Below are positions 31,901 to 38,897 of a stretch of DNA of 64,000 nt, piece after piece. Under the pieces are notes generated by a model, which worked only from the letters and a program-made list of their open reading frames with translations, had not been told where the DNA came from and made no database searches. Position 1 is the stretch's first letter; every line of letters starts with the position of its first letter. The position numbers and the translations under genes were made by a program. Origin of the DNA: an uncultured virus (IMG/VR IMGVR_UViG_2724679451_000017) (taxonomy: Duplodnaviria > Heunggongvirae > Uroviricota > Caudoviricetes); IMG/VR virus record IMGVR_UViG_2724679451_000017; one strand, 5' to 3'.

Positions 31901-33261
31901 GCTTCAGCTTCAGCTAGAAAACCCGAATCGACTTTCTTATCAAGGTCAACATACTGGGCTGCAACTTGATCAACTTTTTTAACTGCAGCTTCAGTTTGGT
32001 TAACAATAGGTTCAATTTTTTGATTGATGAGTGTATTAGTTTCTTCACCTAATGCTAATTTAGCATCATCAATCATTTGACCAGCTTTTACTAAGTTTTG
32101 ATCAATGTCTTGTTTTAAGGCGGCCTTAGTTTGATCAATAAAAATAAGAGTATCAGCAGCTTGTTTTTTACGGTCTAGAACTTCTTGATCAGCTACTTTT
32201 TTTGCGTTTTCTGCGACTAATCGAATTTCATCTGCATCACTTCTTACATCAGCAATGATTGAATCTGTTTCTCTTTTAATAAATCCGATTTTGTCATCGA
32301 GTTCTTTTTCAGCACGAATTGCACGTTGCTGAGCATCTGCAACCAGCGCTTCATTCGCTTGAATAGACTGATCAATACGTTGATTTGCTTCATCTAAACG
32401 AATATTGGCATCACTTACATGCTGCTCAACAATCTGTTTAGTATCAATAATTTCTTGATCAATATAAGCTCTTACTTCATCAACCTTACTTTGCGCAATT
32501 TGACCAACTTCTTTTACTTGATCATGTATTTTTTGCACTTCTTCATCGATGTGATTAATACCTTCTTCAAGCAATTTATAGGCATCAGAATCTTTAATAT
32601 TTTCTATTAATTCTTCTACTTCCTTTATTTTTTCATCAATCTCTTGGCTTACTTGATCTTTATTTTCATCAATTTTTTCGCCTTGTTCTTTTAACTCTTC
32701 CTTTAAACTTTCTAGTTTATCAAGAGCGTCTTTAAATGCACCCTCAATAGCTTTAGGGTCAATAGGCACACCTGCAACCGTAAGCGTTGTGCCAACGGCC
32801 ATACTACCTGCTACAGCACTATTGCCCGCAACTGAAGTATTACCAACTACAGTGCTATTTCCCGTTAATGTGCTATTACCAGTTTGTTGAGTATTAGCTT
32901 GTACATTCATTAACGGCGTTTTGATTGAAACGGTTGTGCCAGAATCTACTTTTAAATTTTCTTTAGAGATAAATTCAATATTGTCTTGTCGAATACGGCG
33001 CACCCCTACAATCGCGCCGTCTCCGTGACTGACATAACTATGGATTACTGGACGTTCTTCATTACCATTTTCAAAGAAGACATAGACGTCTTCCCCATCC
33101 ACAATTTGAATTTCTGTATCTAAATCACTATCGCCGACTGGATAGGCAAAAGTTGCTGTAATTCCTTCACTCGCGCCATCAGTTAAACCATGAATGTGTA
33201 CTTGTGCAGTACGACCTTTTGCGTTGTAACTTAAAATCTTTGCACGTTTTAAACCATTCAT
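22912..33261 (-). CDS. Giant central spike / tail-fibre (host specificity) protein, 3449 aa
   Basis: gpV/gp5-like N-terminus ('GEDVYVFFENGNEERPVI'), beta-helix-like GN repeats, coiled coils, duplicated beta modules, ILEI-like domain, lambda-J-like C-terminus ('SGMSM..IGFQADKIFF'). Confidence 0.85.
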   Translation of the reverse strand: MNGLKRAKILSYNAKGRTAQVHIHGLTDGASEGITATFAYPVGDSDLDTEIQIVDGEDVYVFFENGNEERPVIHSYVSHGDGAIVGVRRIRQDNIEFISKENLKVDSGTTVSIKTPLMNVQANTQQTGNSTLTGNSTVVGNTSVAGNSAVAGSMAVGTTLTVAGVPIDPKAIEGAFKDALDKLESLKEELKEQGEKIDENKDQVSQEIDEKIKEVEELIENIKDSDAYKLLEEGINHIDEEVQKIHDQVKEVGQIAQSKVDEVRAYIDQEIIDTKQIVEQHVSDANIRLDEANQRIDQSIQANEALVADAQQRAIRAEKELDDKIGFIKRETDSIIADVRSDADEIRLVAENAKKVADQEVLDRKKQAADTLIFIDQTKAALKQDIDQNLVKAGQMIDDAKLALGEETNTLINQKIEPIVNQTEAAVKKVDQVAAQYVDLDKKVDSGFLAEAEARANDKEALTKSFELKFAEMQTELGKSNALISEEIKTLAAQDRAFTEQISTAQSQIGDNKAAINNVERTVVDLGKSVAEKTDQIQASLDTTNASLLNATELARMQSLGKPLRDDPTFLSGNGGLSAYVVPSGSTFTRQAKSTDNPVNSTHEMLLRSTASLGGGWYPTVPTLVAAPNKTFLIKQIIKMPKGTYLLPVGNATGTGGYLRVLGNKEGTGKFEVYYSVVQCGYDAPAAIHGHFRVIAGTNPPLPSTANPVDVILADYEVWDITALNDTIPKAWRDQITGNASYIEKVESSVKLVDEKLVSEAKKLEELKTDYNSNKTKTTSDLATIAQSVSDGDKALSLRIDQTKAALEEADRKSNANILEVTESLAEFEQSTTSKFSELDTSISKENLKVQGQITDVQKSVSTLESNTNTRINGLSSSLKTTDDIAKLAFDNAAEAQQTGTTAVKATEALSQNLLSLKSQTQVTSGVRAVVTSKGIDDWTRWRTTGEAKVIQDADAFGGYILELGNNAGNDEAWVHWNEFVKINPDTLYRVRARFRRVAGESGTIYLGVACKNADQSKYVTTTNSLAGDMGSSNYLLSAVKPNLGEWQEVVLYMKGKSIGAATGLGTIDNPRTFPAQAEYYAPMFIANYNFQTGICQLNYIIVEDNNSLASANDATATANDLFKTATNRTEAEAERTSKLESRMQNAETGIQSNAQALLKTATKSDLESAMGRVATDITAAVNNIKIGGVNAVANSEAPRTSTAATSREYLMYERSKELKAFYDENLDKSVTISFEMSVPVAGTVQVYSSNGSAHFFTTSVTVTKASEFQKFEVTVFPKLHTGSTTESTIEFYGTYGTGRIPTIQKLQIEAGNKATAWSPSPRDTQSSLNANAEAIKVTQAEVKKHGDTLSSQSLDISKLRNDLTITNTEVSKKASTEALQTTNSQVSEQAGLIKAVTEQANTLSANLNKSAPAGTNLLINSNVVGNYDGVSYPHLRYKLGEDWEVGAKYTLLWCAEHTRGAGDTNSNLAVYAGGGSQFLQQVINTSGKVISKITFTKTSAGTAKEVNFYMLSRPTADKQSVGTVYWAVLVKGEFITTDNWIASPYDFNAAFDQVSAYLNEFKQTYVTESTALAKKTQNLESTINDPVNGLAAQAKQISDRMTKSDVDSAISTATEALKTSIGGKAFDNIVIGGNVEKSKTGGYLQVSYPLAKSLNAPGITVTVRAKVTFDNGGNNAANLRVYIGGGNVFNADAPIFSASKDIYEFTLTTISRTDATVVNFYCFPNSSANANATTTVHWVEVYEGNNKALNDKVSTSTLIKDYSSKADTAQAITSATETLEAKFRQKFGDLWTNSSATLDSTRYTKTETNQAIAEESKIIKAAISSSGGDNIIKNGDFTQPFALSNWRINSNVAGSIMEVYKDQNGANWGRFSSTNTTTAFKGFFEQLTSEDGLEINQTYTLSFKAKSLTPAQTSLLLIIHRFDGTSNNQLGSSWQINTDKETLCIFTFNTNVANLKNINIILYALTGFAPDFAIREVQIEKGELATGFRKNPRELVKALEANASAIEGTKADVQKNGEKITSLAENYATLKSTVDNNKTAVDGKFQEINSTISDNQQNTTQSINNLESSYKQLNQDLGQVFNYRVYSCGWNGFFTGIKNLKGEIKSVASARGFSVHVLAADGSIASSTRYDTYAAVANSTAMSNAIAAIPNDTFVIVTNYDSIGVNLAPVKNALISLGANPFTLDQITGRDAYILVGQKGIGSGRGIELHATPDSGPNGAKQIMLAVQVVSGIPIGLANNSGNLQKVLENHAQILQEKITRSDAKEVFAEEIKVFKAQLDILRYSEENWILLGDETKNLSIATGTNRTVAVWELQYKHKEIPIDKGDPIVARIKYTATAGLVGATCLIQFHGATYGVGLPAFTVAASGEIELTGIFPSDLKASAYEAIPLGLRFDNAPSGGTITITNMFISRGNSAPNFKGGFRSSLKQNAQFVEDTFIKADVNKGVITQQIQQYDATVPGGLSSVVKTTKATADQTSKDLATLRNTEISQLQTSTNNLGSALENTTMLAMMITNGKLLQGDVNFKKGNNAVFVYNNAGNGNVTVTRVAKSSDNPTTSTHELEIKTIGAANPSCGGFYQLVNGRANAVFVIKYLIKLPIGYKLVNAGNSMGTGAIDRFIGSTEGTGKFETYIRMIKCGAVGTFSNAGHVYVAGGATPTATAPLVWTLAQIEQYDVTDYASADPTLQDFVSTATDSISTLTNFKETWAAKLTEMSSKLDSKNGAYILNADITNTNVERAIAASSQKITSEYTNAMSVQPLSSGAGKIFVKPLTWRQPITTSGTLVIKTPVTVGAYMTKVKISGYNYNNKEDNIFDLDLAFYAYTSTLPFYPNMTSRSFGITLDENNATTKGLALALDSNNKVCILITKKDAWSYPAITVESATITHTNPPDYFKDGWSAAIETDLSVYKSVTPFTVTSMMETTAGSQAKVDVPMAQLSDIAADNKLTPVEKKQAKLVWDTLYQTDTSLRAEAVTYGISSAAYATAFSTLNTYLASLFANMNVTSTIDRNQFITNFANVHNARQALVRAISEKAKEIADSAKDLASTTKATLERDYMTSTKTNEAIASSTERMSALYSANGQKIMASVLETWQKDWLVKTPSGNKPELSLVADSTCRGGYALRIGNNVGNDEAWLNWFTSLPIDDNKYYRVKYRFRRVSGTGVVYVGATCQNANKTKYIAQDNSEINDISSSHYLVAGTAPALGTWITGTAYFKGRSAGASAGAGTLLSPKTFANKAAFFTPVFIGNYSGKAGEVDLDFIDIEDADNIADFENFKTTYTTDVGAYAGALQTLVSVYGQNAIKLKSQADLIDGVKGKYVMGMDNNGVFSGMSMVSEQTNGTVLSSIGFQADKIFFTTGTSSTKYMPFIIQDNQVVMNSDVFIKNLTAANFKAKSLTAELFNVDKLSAITGELGTLITYKDPSQPQKARMVISGTALKLYDDNNIERIYIGL

Positions 33262-33270
33262 ATATTTGAC

Positions 33271-34164
33271 CTACAAATTAGCAATCCAGAACTTTGATGA
33301 AGTCCCCATTGATCCCCCGATTGCGCCTGTATCTATATGATGTGCAGCAGTTAAAACGACATACTTCTTACTATCTATTTCGAATATATCGCCTGCATTC
33401 CAGTTCAAATTTAGTGGTCTAATAATGGTCCCACGCATGATCAAAACTTTTTCCAAGTTTTTGACTTGTCGGGCATCTAAACCAGCTCTTTGCGTCACAG
33501 TGTGGCCTGGGGTTATTGAGTCATCACCAACAACCGTTGAACCGTTATTCTCAACTGTGACAAAAGATGATTTTTGCATCAGTTCCAAAGGTTTACTGGA
33601 TATCCAAACGACACTGCTAGGATCTAGTTTTGTGATAGGTTCCTTTTTGAAGAAAGAATCAATTTTTTGAGCAGACACTTTATTATTTTGAAAGCAAATT
33701 ACAGCCGCTTCTTGTTGCAGATAATGAGCCAAGCGCTGTGTAGGCATACTACCCTTTAAACAAACAAATTTAGGCAAAGGTAAATCACTGCCCAGACTGA
33801 TCGTTGCACCACAAGCTCGAATTACTGAATTAAAAGAAGTTTCATTACTAATAATTGCTTGCTTTGAATATTCAATAAGTCTTTTACAACCAGCCAAAAT
33901 ACCAATACATGAGATGCCACCTACTCGCCGATCTTGTTTAATAGTCTGAGTTTTTAAAGGGGTGACTTTGATAAGTTCGAAAGGATGAGATATGTCATTT
34001 ACAGTAAGTAGCTCCCCTTCTTTTAAAAGGGAGTCTAATTCAGTAGTAGATTGAACTGTGAACTCAATGGATGCAGGAATAGGTACGAGATCAGTTCTTA
34101 AAGTTGCACTAATCAGCTCAGATGCTGGAATAATTTTACCCGCAGATACAATGGTGATTTGCAT
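33271..34164 (-). CDS. Putative baseplate hub protein
   Basis: Directly upstream of the spike gene; C-terminal 'AGDIFEI..YVVLTAAHH'. Confidence 0.55.
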   Translation of the reverse strand: MQITIVSAGKIIPASELISATLRTDLVPIPASIEFTVQSTTELDSLLKEGELLTVNDISHPFELIKVTPLKTQTIKQDRRVGGISCIGILAGCKRLIEYSKQAIISNETSFNSVIRACGATISLGSDLPLPKFVCLKGSMPTQRLAHYLQQEAAVICFQNNKVSAQKIDSFFKKEPITKLDPSSVVWISSKPLELMQKSSFVTVENNGSTVVGDDSITPGHTVTQRAGLDARQVKNLEKVLIMRGTIIRPLNLNWNAGDIFEIDSKKYVVLTAAHHIDTGAIGGSMGTSSKFWIANL

Positions 34165-34613
34165 TAACGGTTCCCCAAGTTAAAATTAAAACTCATTGGG
34201 GCCATACAAAACGCAAGTTTAGGCAAAGCGTCTTTCTTTTCATTATAGTTCTGTTGAGCTTCTGATACAGATAGCCCATAACTTTCGACTCCGAGCCCAC
34301 GAGTAGCTTCAACCAATCTAGCTTGCAAAAGATCACAGTGAGCTTTTACTAATGGTTGGATGATTACGTACTCATCACCGCTAAGTAGGATAGTTTCATT
34401 CAGTTCAATACTCGTGGTAGCTTTAGTTTGACAATCTAAAACAGCCCATCCGGCATAATATTTTGCCTCATCTAAAAATGCTTTCACGATATCATCAAGC
34501 AAAATTGAATAGCCCGATAATTGATATTCTTTATAGAGTTCTTCTGAAAGTTGCTGGATAGAACCAGCAACTACAGCATACCCTTCAGATTCAGGTAATA
34601 ACTTCATAGCCAT
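34164..34613 (-). CDS. Hypothetical morphogenesis protein
   Basis: Translationally coupled within a late operon. Confidence 0.65.
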   Translation of the reverse strand: MAMKLLPESEGYAVVAGSIQQLSEELYKEYQLSGYSILLDDIVKAFLDEAKYYAGWAVLDCQTKATTSIELNETILLSGDEYVIIQPLVKAHCDLLQARLVEATRGLGVESYGLSVSEAQQNYNEKKDALPKLAFCMAPMSFNFNLGNR

Positions 34614-35260
34614 TACCCAAATAGATTGCCCAGTTGACGACCAACGCCTTGCACGGCATTTGCAAGATTAGTTGCTTGTTGAGCAGTATTGATCACTTGC
34701 TGAACTCGATTAACAAGCTCAGCTGTACCAGCAATTTCTTTTTTACCCGGCTGAATACTGCCGTTGGTACCAATGTTTGCGAAGCTACCAAAGTAGTTAT
34801 AGTCGATTGGGCAAGAGACAGTCATAACTTGAGATCGGCTATCTGTATCATACTCAGCTGACTCAAAGCGAATAGCACAGTTTTCAAGTGCATATGAGCG
34901 TGTAAAACTTCCTAATCGGCCATCGTAATAATCACCATGGATGATTCCACCACTAGCTACGACATATTCAGCTAATAGTTGATCATGCCCTGCTTCAGTT
35001 ACTAGGATTTGAAGGTTGCCTGTGTAATGGGTTTTCGGGGGACCAGCAACAATTCCAGTAAATCCACCCGCATATTGAACTTCTGCTGGATCTTCATTAC
35101 TCACAATCGGCCGTGGGCAACTTTTAAATAAGAAGCGAAGGTCTTCCATGCCACGAGGAACAAACATCCCCTGACACGCTAATAATGGTGAACCAAGTTG
35201 CTGTAGAGCAATGGAATCTTGTTTAAGCTGATTTAGTAAAATCGGATTAGATTGTTGCAT
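34613..35260 (-). CDS. Putative tail tube protein
   Basis: ~215 aa, beta-rich, near the sheath gene; first gene after the promoter at 35294-35334. Confidence 0.55.
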   Translation of the reverse strand: MQQSNPILLNQLKQDSIALQQLGSPLLACQGMFVPRGMEDLRFLFKSCPRPIVSNEDPAEVQYAGGFTGIVAGPPKTHYTGNLQILVTEAGHDQLLAEYVVASGGIIHGDYYDGRLGSFTRSYALENCAIRFESAEYDTDSRSQVMTVSCPIDYNYFGSFANIGTNGSIQPGKKEIAGTAELVNRVQQVINTAQQATNLANAVQGVGRQLGNLFG

Positions 35261-35293
35261 ATTTCTGATGCTCAATAGCTTTAATATGCCCCA

Positions 35294-35334
35294 AGATTAA
35301 AAGGTAATATCCACTTAAAATTTGATTGGTTCCA
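35294..35334 (-). promoter_or_regulatory. Putative late promoter
   Basis: TGGAAC-N29-TAATCT, immediately after the terminator at ~35336-35365. Confidence 0.75.
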
Positions 35335-35376
35335 TAAAAAAAGCCACCCTAAAAGGTAGCTTTTTAAATCTGCTTT

Positions 35377-35655
35377 TTATCCAATATTTGGTGGTACTCG
35401 CAGAACCTGTACTGAAGGTACACCCCGATCTAGCGCATCTTGGACACAACGATAATCAGGATTGTTTGGTTCATAACCTAGTTCACCACGGATATTACCC
35501 TTATGTATTGTCATCGGTGCATCAAAACGCCCTCGCAAAAAACGACCAATAATAATTGTGTCAGTTAATGATTGATTGGTCTTTGTTTCTGTTTTATCAG
35601 TTTTTTTCTGATATTGAATACCAGGCGCTTCACCTATGATTTGAGTTGTATTCAT
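35377..35655 (-). CDS. Small protein resembling the tail-sheath N-terminal domain
   Basis: 'APGIQYQ..IIGRFLRGRFDAPMTI..GELG..VQDALDRG..VQVLRV'; AAGGA SD. Confidence 0.6.
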   Translation of the reverse strand: MNTTQIIGEAPGIQYQKKTDKTETKTNQSLTDTIIIGRFLRGRFDAPMTIHKGNIRGELGYEPNNPDYRCVQDALDRGVPSVQVLRVPPNIG

Positions 35656-35717
35656 GAGTATTTCCTTAATTAAATGGATTATAGGTAAAGCCAAAAAATG
35701 ACCTTACCTATGAGTAA

Positions 35718-36485
35718 TTAGTAAATACCTAAGCGTTTACCTTTTTTGAATGAACGTAAACGCTTTTTGATTGCATTCGCAGTAAAAGCATGAAGTCTAG
35801 CTTTTTTCATTCCAGCTTTTTGTGCTGAAGTTAAACGGACCTTTTGACCAGGTAATCGTTTATTCACAACGGTTTTGACACCTTGACGAATAGCCAGCAC
35901 ACCACGGTAGTGAATTTTTCGCCCATTTACTTTCCGTTGGCTAAATGCTCCATTTCGAGCTTTAATTTTTTTAGCCATTGAATCGAAACCTTCTTCAGTT
36001 TCATCCGCTTCACCGAAAATAAACTCTCGAACCAGTTCTTCAAGTTCTGGGCCATCGTCTGGCATATTAGCAAGAACTGTATTGGCTGCTGCTTCTAACG
36101 CCGCATCAGCAACTTCTGTATCATCACTAAAGATCTCTTCAATATCAGAAGCGTCAACGCCAAATGTTAAGAAAGCATCGGAAAGAGAAGCCATTAAAGC
36201 GTTTTCATAGATTCCTTCTTCATCATCTGCACCATCTAATGCATCGACAATTAATGCGTCTAAATGATCAACGCCCAGTTCACCTTCTTCAAGCTTACCT
36301 TCACTGATTGTATCTACCGTATCGGATAGAATGTTCAGAGCAATTTGTCGTACTTGTTCAATCACAGATTGCTGTTCTCGATCAGTACTTGAAACCTTAC
36401 TTACAACGGTAGAAATATTCTCCGCTGCTGAATCAAAAGCACGTAAAGTTAATGGTTTTTCAGTAGTGGGGCCAAATGGATTCAT
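35718..36485 (-). CDS. Putative prohead core/scaffold protein
   Basis: Very acidic body with a basic C-terminus reminiscent of T4 gp68; FDS motifs. Confidence 0.5.
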   Translation of the reverse strand: MNPFGPTTEKPLTLRAFDSAAENISTVVSKVSSTDREQQSVIEQVRQIALNILSDTVDTISEGKLEEGELGVDHLDALIVDALDGADDEEGIYENALMASLSDAFLTFGVDASDIEEIFSDDTEVADAALEAAANTVLANMPDDGPELEELVREFIFGEADETEEGFDSMAKKIKARNGAFSQRKVNGRKIHYRGVLAIRQGVKTVVNKRLPGQKVRLTSAQKAGMKKARLHAFTANAIKKRLRSFKKGKRLGIY

Positions 36486-36506
36486 CTTGATAGATCCTTA
36501 ATAAAA

Positions 36507-37802
36507 TTATTTAACTAAAACGTCGTCATCAAAAATTGCGGCACGAGTTGTACCAACAACTCCATGGGCTAAATAAAGTCGTACACGCTCATATGGATAG
36601 TCTTTGTCAGGTATTAAACTGAACTCAAAAGGTTTACCCCCTAGATCTTCAGCCGGTTGCAACCAACCGGTTGTTTCACTAGAAGCACCTTCTAAAAACT
36701 CTTGGATGTCATCACCAGCTTTTTTGATATAGTCCGGTGTAGCTTGGAACATATAAGTCCGTAGGATCTCGATACATTTATTCGTAACTCGAGCCGAAAT
36801 CTCCGCGGCCGGAACTAAACGCAAAGCACTATTTTTGCTTTGGTATTGGGTAAGCACATCACTTAATACAAATAATGTAGTTTCAAACTTAACTGGGCGA
36901 ACTACATTTACTTTAGCCTTAGCCAACATTTCTTGAGTCTGTTCATCTTCAAGATCAATATTCGGCATCTGGCTTAAGTTTTTTGCTGTAAATGGATAAT
37001 CTTTCCAAGCTACTGCATTTTTTAACGGCGCAAAGCCTTGTTTATTTAACTTTGCGTTACGTAATAATTTATCGCCGATGTAATGGCCCAAATAATAAGC
37101 TGGGACCTTACGCCCTCTTAGTGTGACAGCACTAGATGGACGGCATAGGTTCGGACTCCAAATGAATTGAACAAACTGTGATTGTGCATCTACGCTTGTC
37201 GCAAATTGAGCTGCTTGCTCAGCTGTAAAAGTTGGGTTGATTTCAGCATCCAAAGGAATACGTAACTTTGTAGCTGCACGTTGTGCCGCAACATAAATTG
37301 GTAAATCATGAGGATTTGGTAAAGTCAGATATGCTGGTGTACTTAATTGACTCGTCAGAATCTTATATAGTTCATCTGGATTAAATGATGGTAATGATTC
37401 ATCTTCCAATGCCAATGTTTTTGAAGCACGACCTAAGCTATTTGATTCGTTATAAGCATTTGATTTGAGGATTGCTTGTAACGCATCAATACCTAACGAT
37501 AAATCAAAACGCTCAAAATATTCTTTCGAATCAGCTACAGCGACAATAGAAGCAGAATTTTCAATGTCTCCATCTACTAATCCCTGAACAGTAACAATTT
37601 GATCACCTGTTACCGCATCACGTATTTCCAAACGCATAGAAATATCTGCAGGTCCGCGTGGGCTAGTTACTTTCGCAAAAAAGGCCACATTAATTTCTGC
37701 ACTTGCAAGATAACTGTATGTATCAAATTCCAATTTGAGTGATGGGCTGGCCCCTGCTACAAGGGATAGCTCACCTGTACTTGATAGAGCAAGTATATTC
37801 AT
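36507..37802 (-). CDS. Contractile tail sheath protein
   Basis: Sheath-like C-terminus ('EMLAKAKVNVVR', 'ALRLVPAAEI'); 431 aa. Confidence 0.65.
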   Translation of the reverse strand: MNILALSSTGELSLVAGASPSLKLEFDTYSYLASAEINVAFFAKVTSPRGPADISMRLEIRDAVTGDQIVTVQGLVDGDIENSASIVAVADSKEYFERFDLSLGIDALQAILKSNAYNESNSLGRASKTLALEDESLPSFNPDELYKILTSQLSTPAYLTLPNPHDLPIYVAAQRAATKLRIPLDAEINPTFTAEQAAQFATSVDAQSQFVQFIWSPNLCRPSSAVTLRGRKVPAYYLGHYIGDKLLRNAKLNKQGFAPLKNAVAWKDYPFTAKNLSQMPNIDLEDEQTQEMLAKAKVNVVRPVKFETTLFVLSDVLTQYQSKNSALRLVPAAEISARVTNKCIEILRTYMFQATPDYIKKAGDDIQEFLEGASSETTGWLQPAEDLGGKPFEFSLIPDKDYPYERVRLYLAHGVVGTTRAAIFDDDVLVK

Positions 37803-37835
37803 TACATTACACGCCCAAGGCTATTTGTTTTAAGT

Positions 37836-37876
37836 ATTTTGAGCCGTTGGCGTTTTTGATTTTCTGGCTAGTTCCA
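37836..37876 (-). promoter_or_regulatory. Putative late promoter
   Basis: TGGAAC-N29-CAAAAT, next to the terminator at ~37881-37906. Confidence 0.75.
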
Positions 37877-37919
37877 ATGTAAAAAAACCACTCGAAAGTG
37901 GTTTTTCATTTCCTAAATT

Positions 37920-38207
37920 TTATAATCCGCTAGCAGGTTCTGTAGGCTCTTCTGCCTCAGTAGGTACAATTTGAAGTACATTACCTTTCAAGCTATTAAT
38001 TTGATCAAGGTTATCTAGCAATTGTTTATGAGCTTCGTCACCGATCAAAGTGAATGTAAGCTTTTGACCAGCTTGTACCAAAACTTGTGTAAATGGTTCG
38101 GTAATGTCACTTAAACCGTTATTTTGAAGTGTAATACTTCGTTCAGTAGGTTGATCACCTACAGCATCCATAATTGGGTTCGTGCCATCAATAATGAAAA
38201 TAGTCAT
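37920..38207 (-). CDS. Hypothetical virion-associated protein
   Basis: Shares the 'NNG....EP...V...AG' domain with the upstream ORF. Confidence 0.7.
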   Translation of the reverse strand: MTIFIIDGTNPIMDAVGDQPTERSITLQNNGLSDITEPFTQVLVQAGQKLTFTLIGDEAHKQLLDNLDQINSLKGNVLQIVPTEAEEPTEPASGL

Positions 38208-38211
38208 CTTG

Positions 38212-38835
38212 TTACTCAACAGTTAGATTCTTACCAAGCCCCTTCAACTGACGTAAGTTTTCCAGTACTTGATGTTTAAATGTTTGGTTATGACACGTAA
38301 TACTTGCTGTTTTACCTGCCTCAATAGCAACACGTGATAACGGTTCTAAAACAGTTGAAAATCCGTTATTAGTCACATTAATAACTAGAGGATCTACATT
38401 ACTAATGGTAGATCCAGATAGATTTTCTACAATTTGATGTTCGGCTTTGGGAATATCAGTTTCTTTAGTTTTATTTGCTACATACCCTAACTCATCAACA
38501 TTCCAACTAATTTTGGAATCAAGATCTTTTAAAGGTGAGACAGACTCATGTGATGATTCAGTTGTATTTCCATTATCTTTAATACTGGAATCTTCATTAT
38601 CTGAATCGCCATTTTTCAAATCAGTAGGTTTCTTACCTTCATCTTGGGAAGCGCCGTCTTCAGGACCTTGGCTATTTAACAAATCACCTTGGTCTGAAGC
38701 TTTTTCATCACCAGCTTGGGTATTCTGTGTTTCTGTAGTTTTATTGGTTTTATTACGTGTGTTTTTTGATTTAGTAGTCGCTTTTTCGTCAGTTGAAACT
38801 AAAGTTTCATCAGTGTTTTGAGTTGCTGCAGCCAT
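38212..38835 (-). CDS. Hypothetical virion-associated protein (disordered N-terminus)
   Basis: Follows the capsid gene; AAGGA SD. Confidence 0.7.
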   Translation of the reverse strand: MAAATQNTDETLVSTDEKATTKSKNTRNKTNKTTETQNTQAGDEKASDQGDLLNSQGPEDGASQDEGKKPTDLKNGDSDNEDSSIKDNGNTTESSHESVSPLKDLDSKISWNVDELGYVANKTKETDIPKAEHQIVENLSGSTISNVDPLVINVTNNGFSTVLEPLSRVAIEAGKTASITCHNQTFKHQVLENLRQLKGLGKNLTVE

Positions 38836-38897
38836 GAGATTATCCTTTAAATAAATAAGGGAAAAGGCGCATCGAAATGCGCCTTATTTTGTATTAC

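Noticed and set aside
22912..33261. Diversity-generating retroelement or invertible fibre cassette
   Set aside because: No reverse transcriptase or invertase in the window; duplicated modules are diverged throughout rather than only at adenines.
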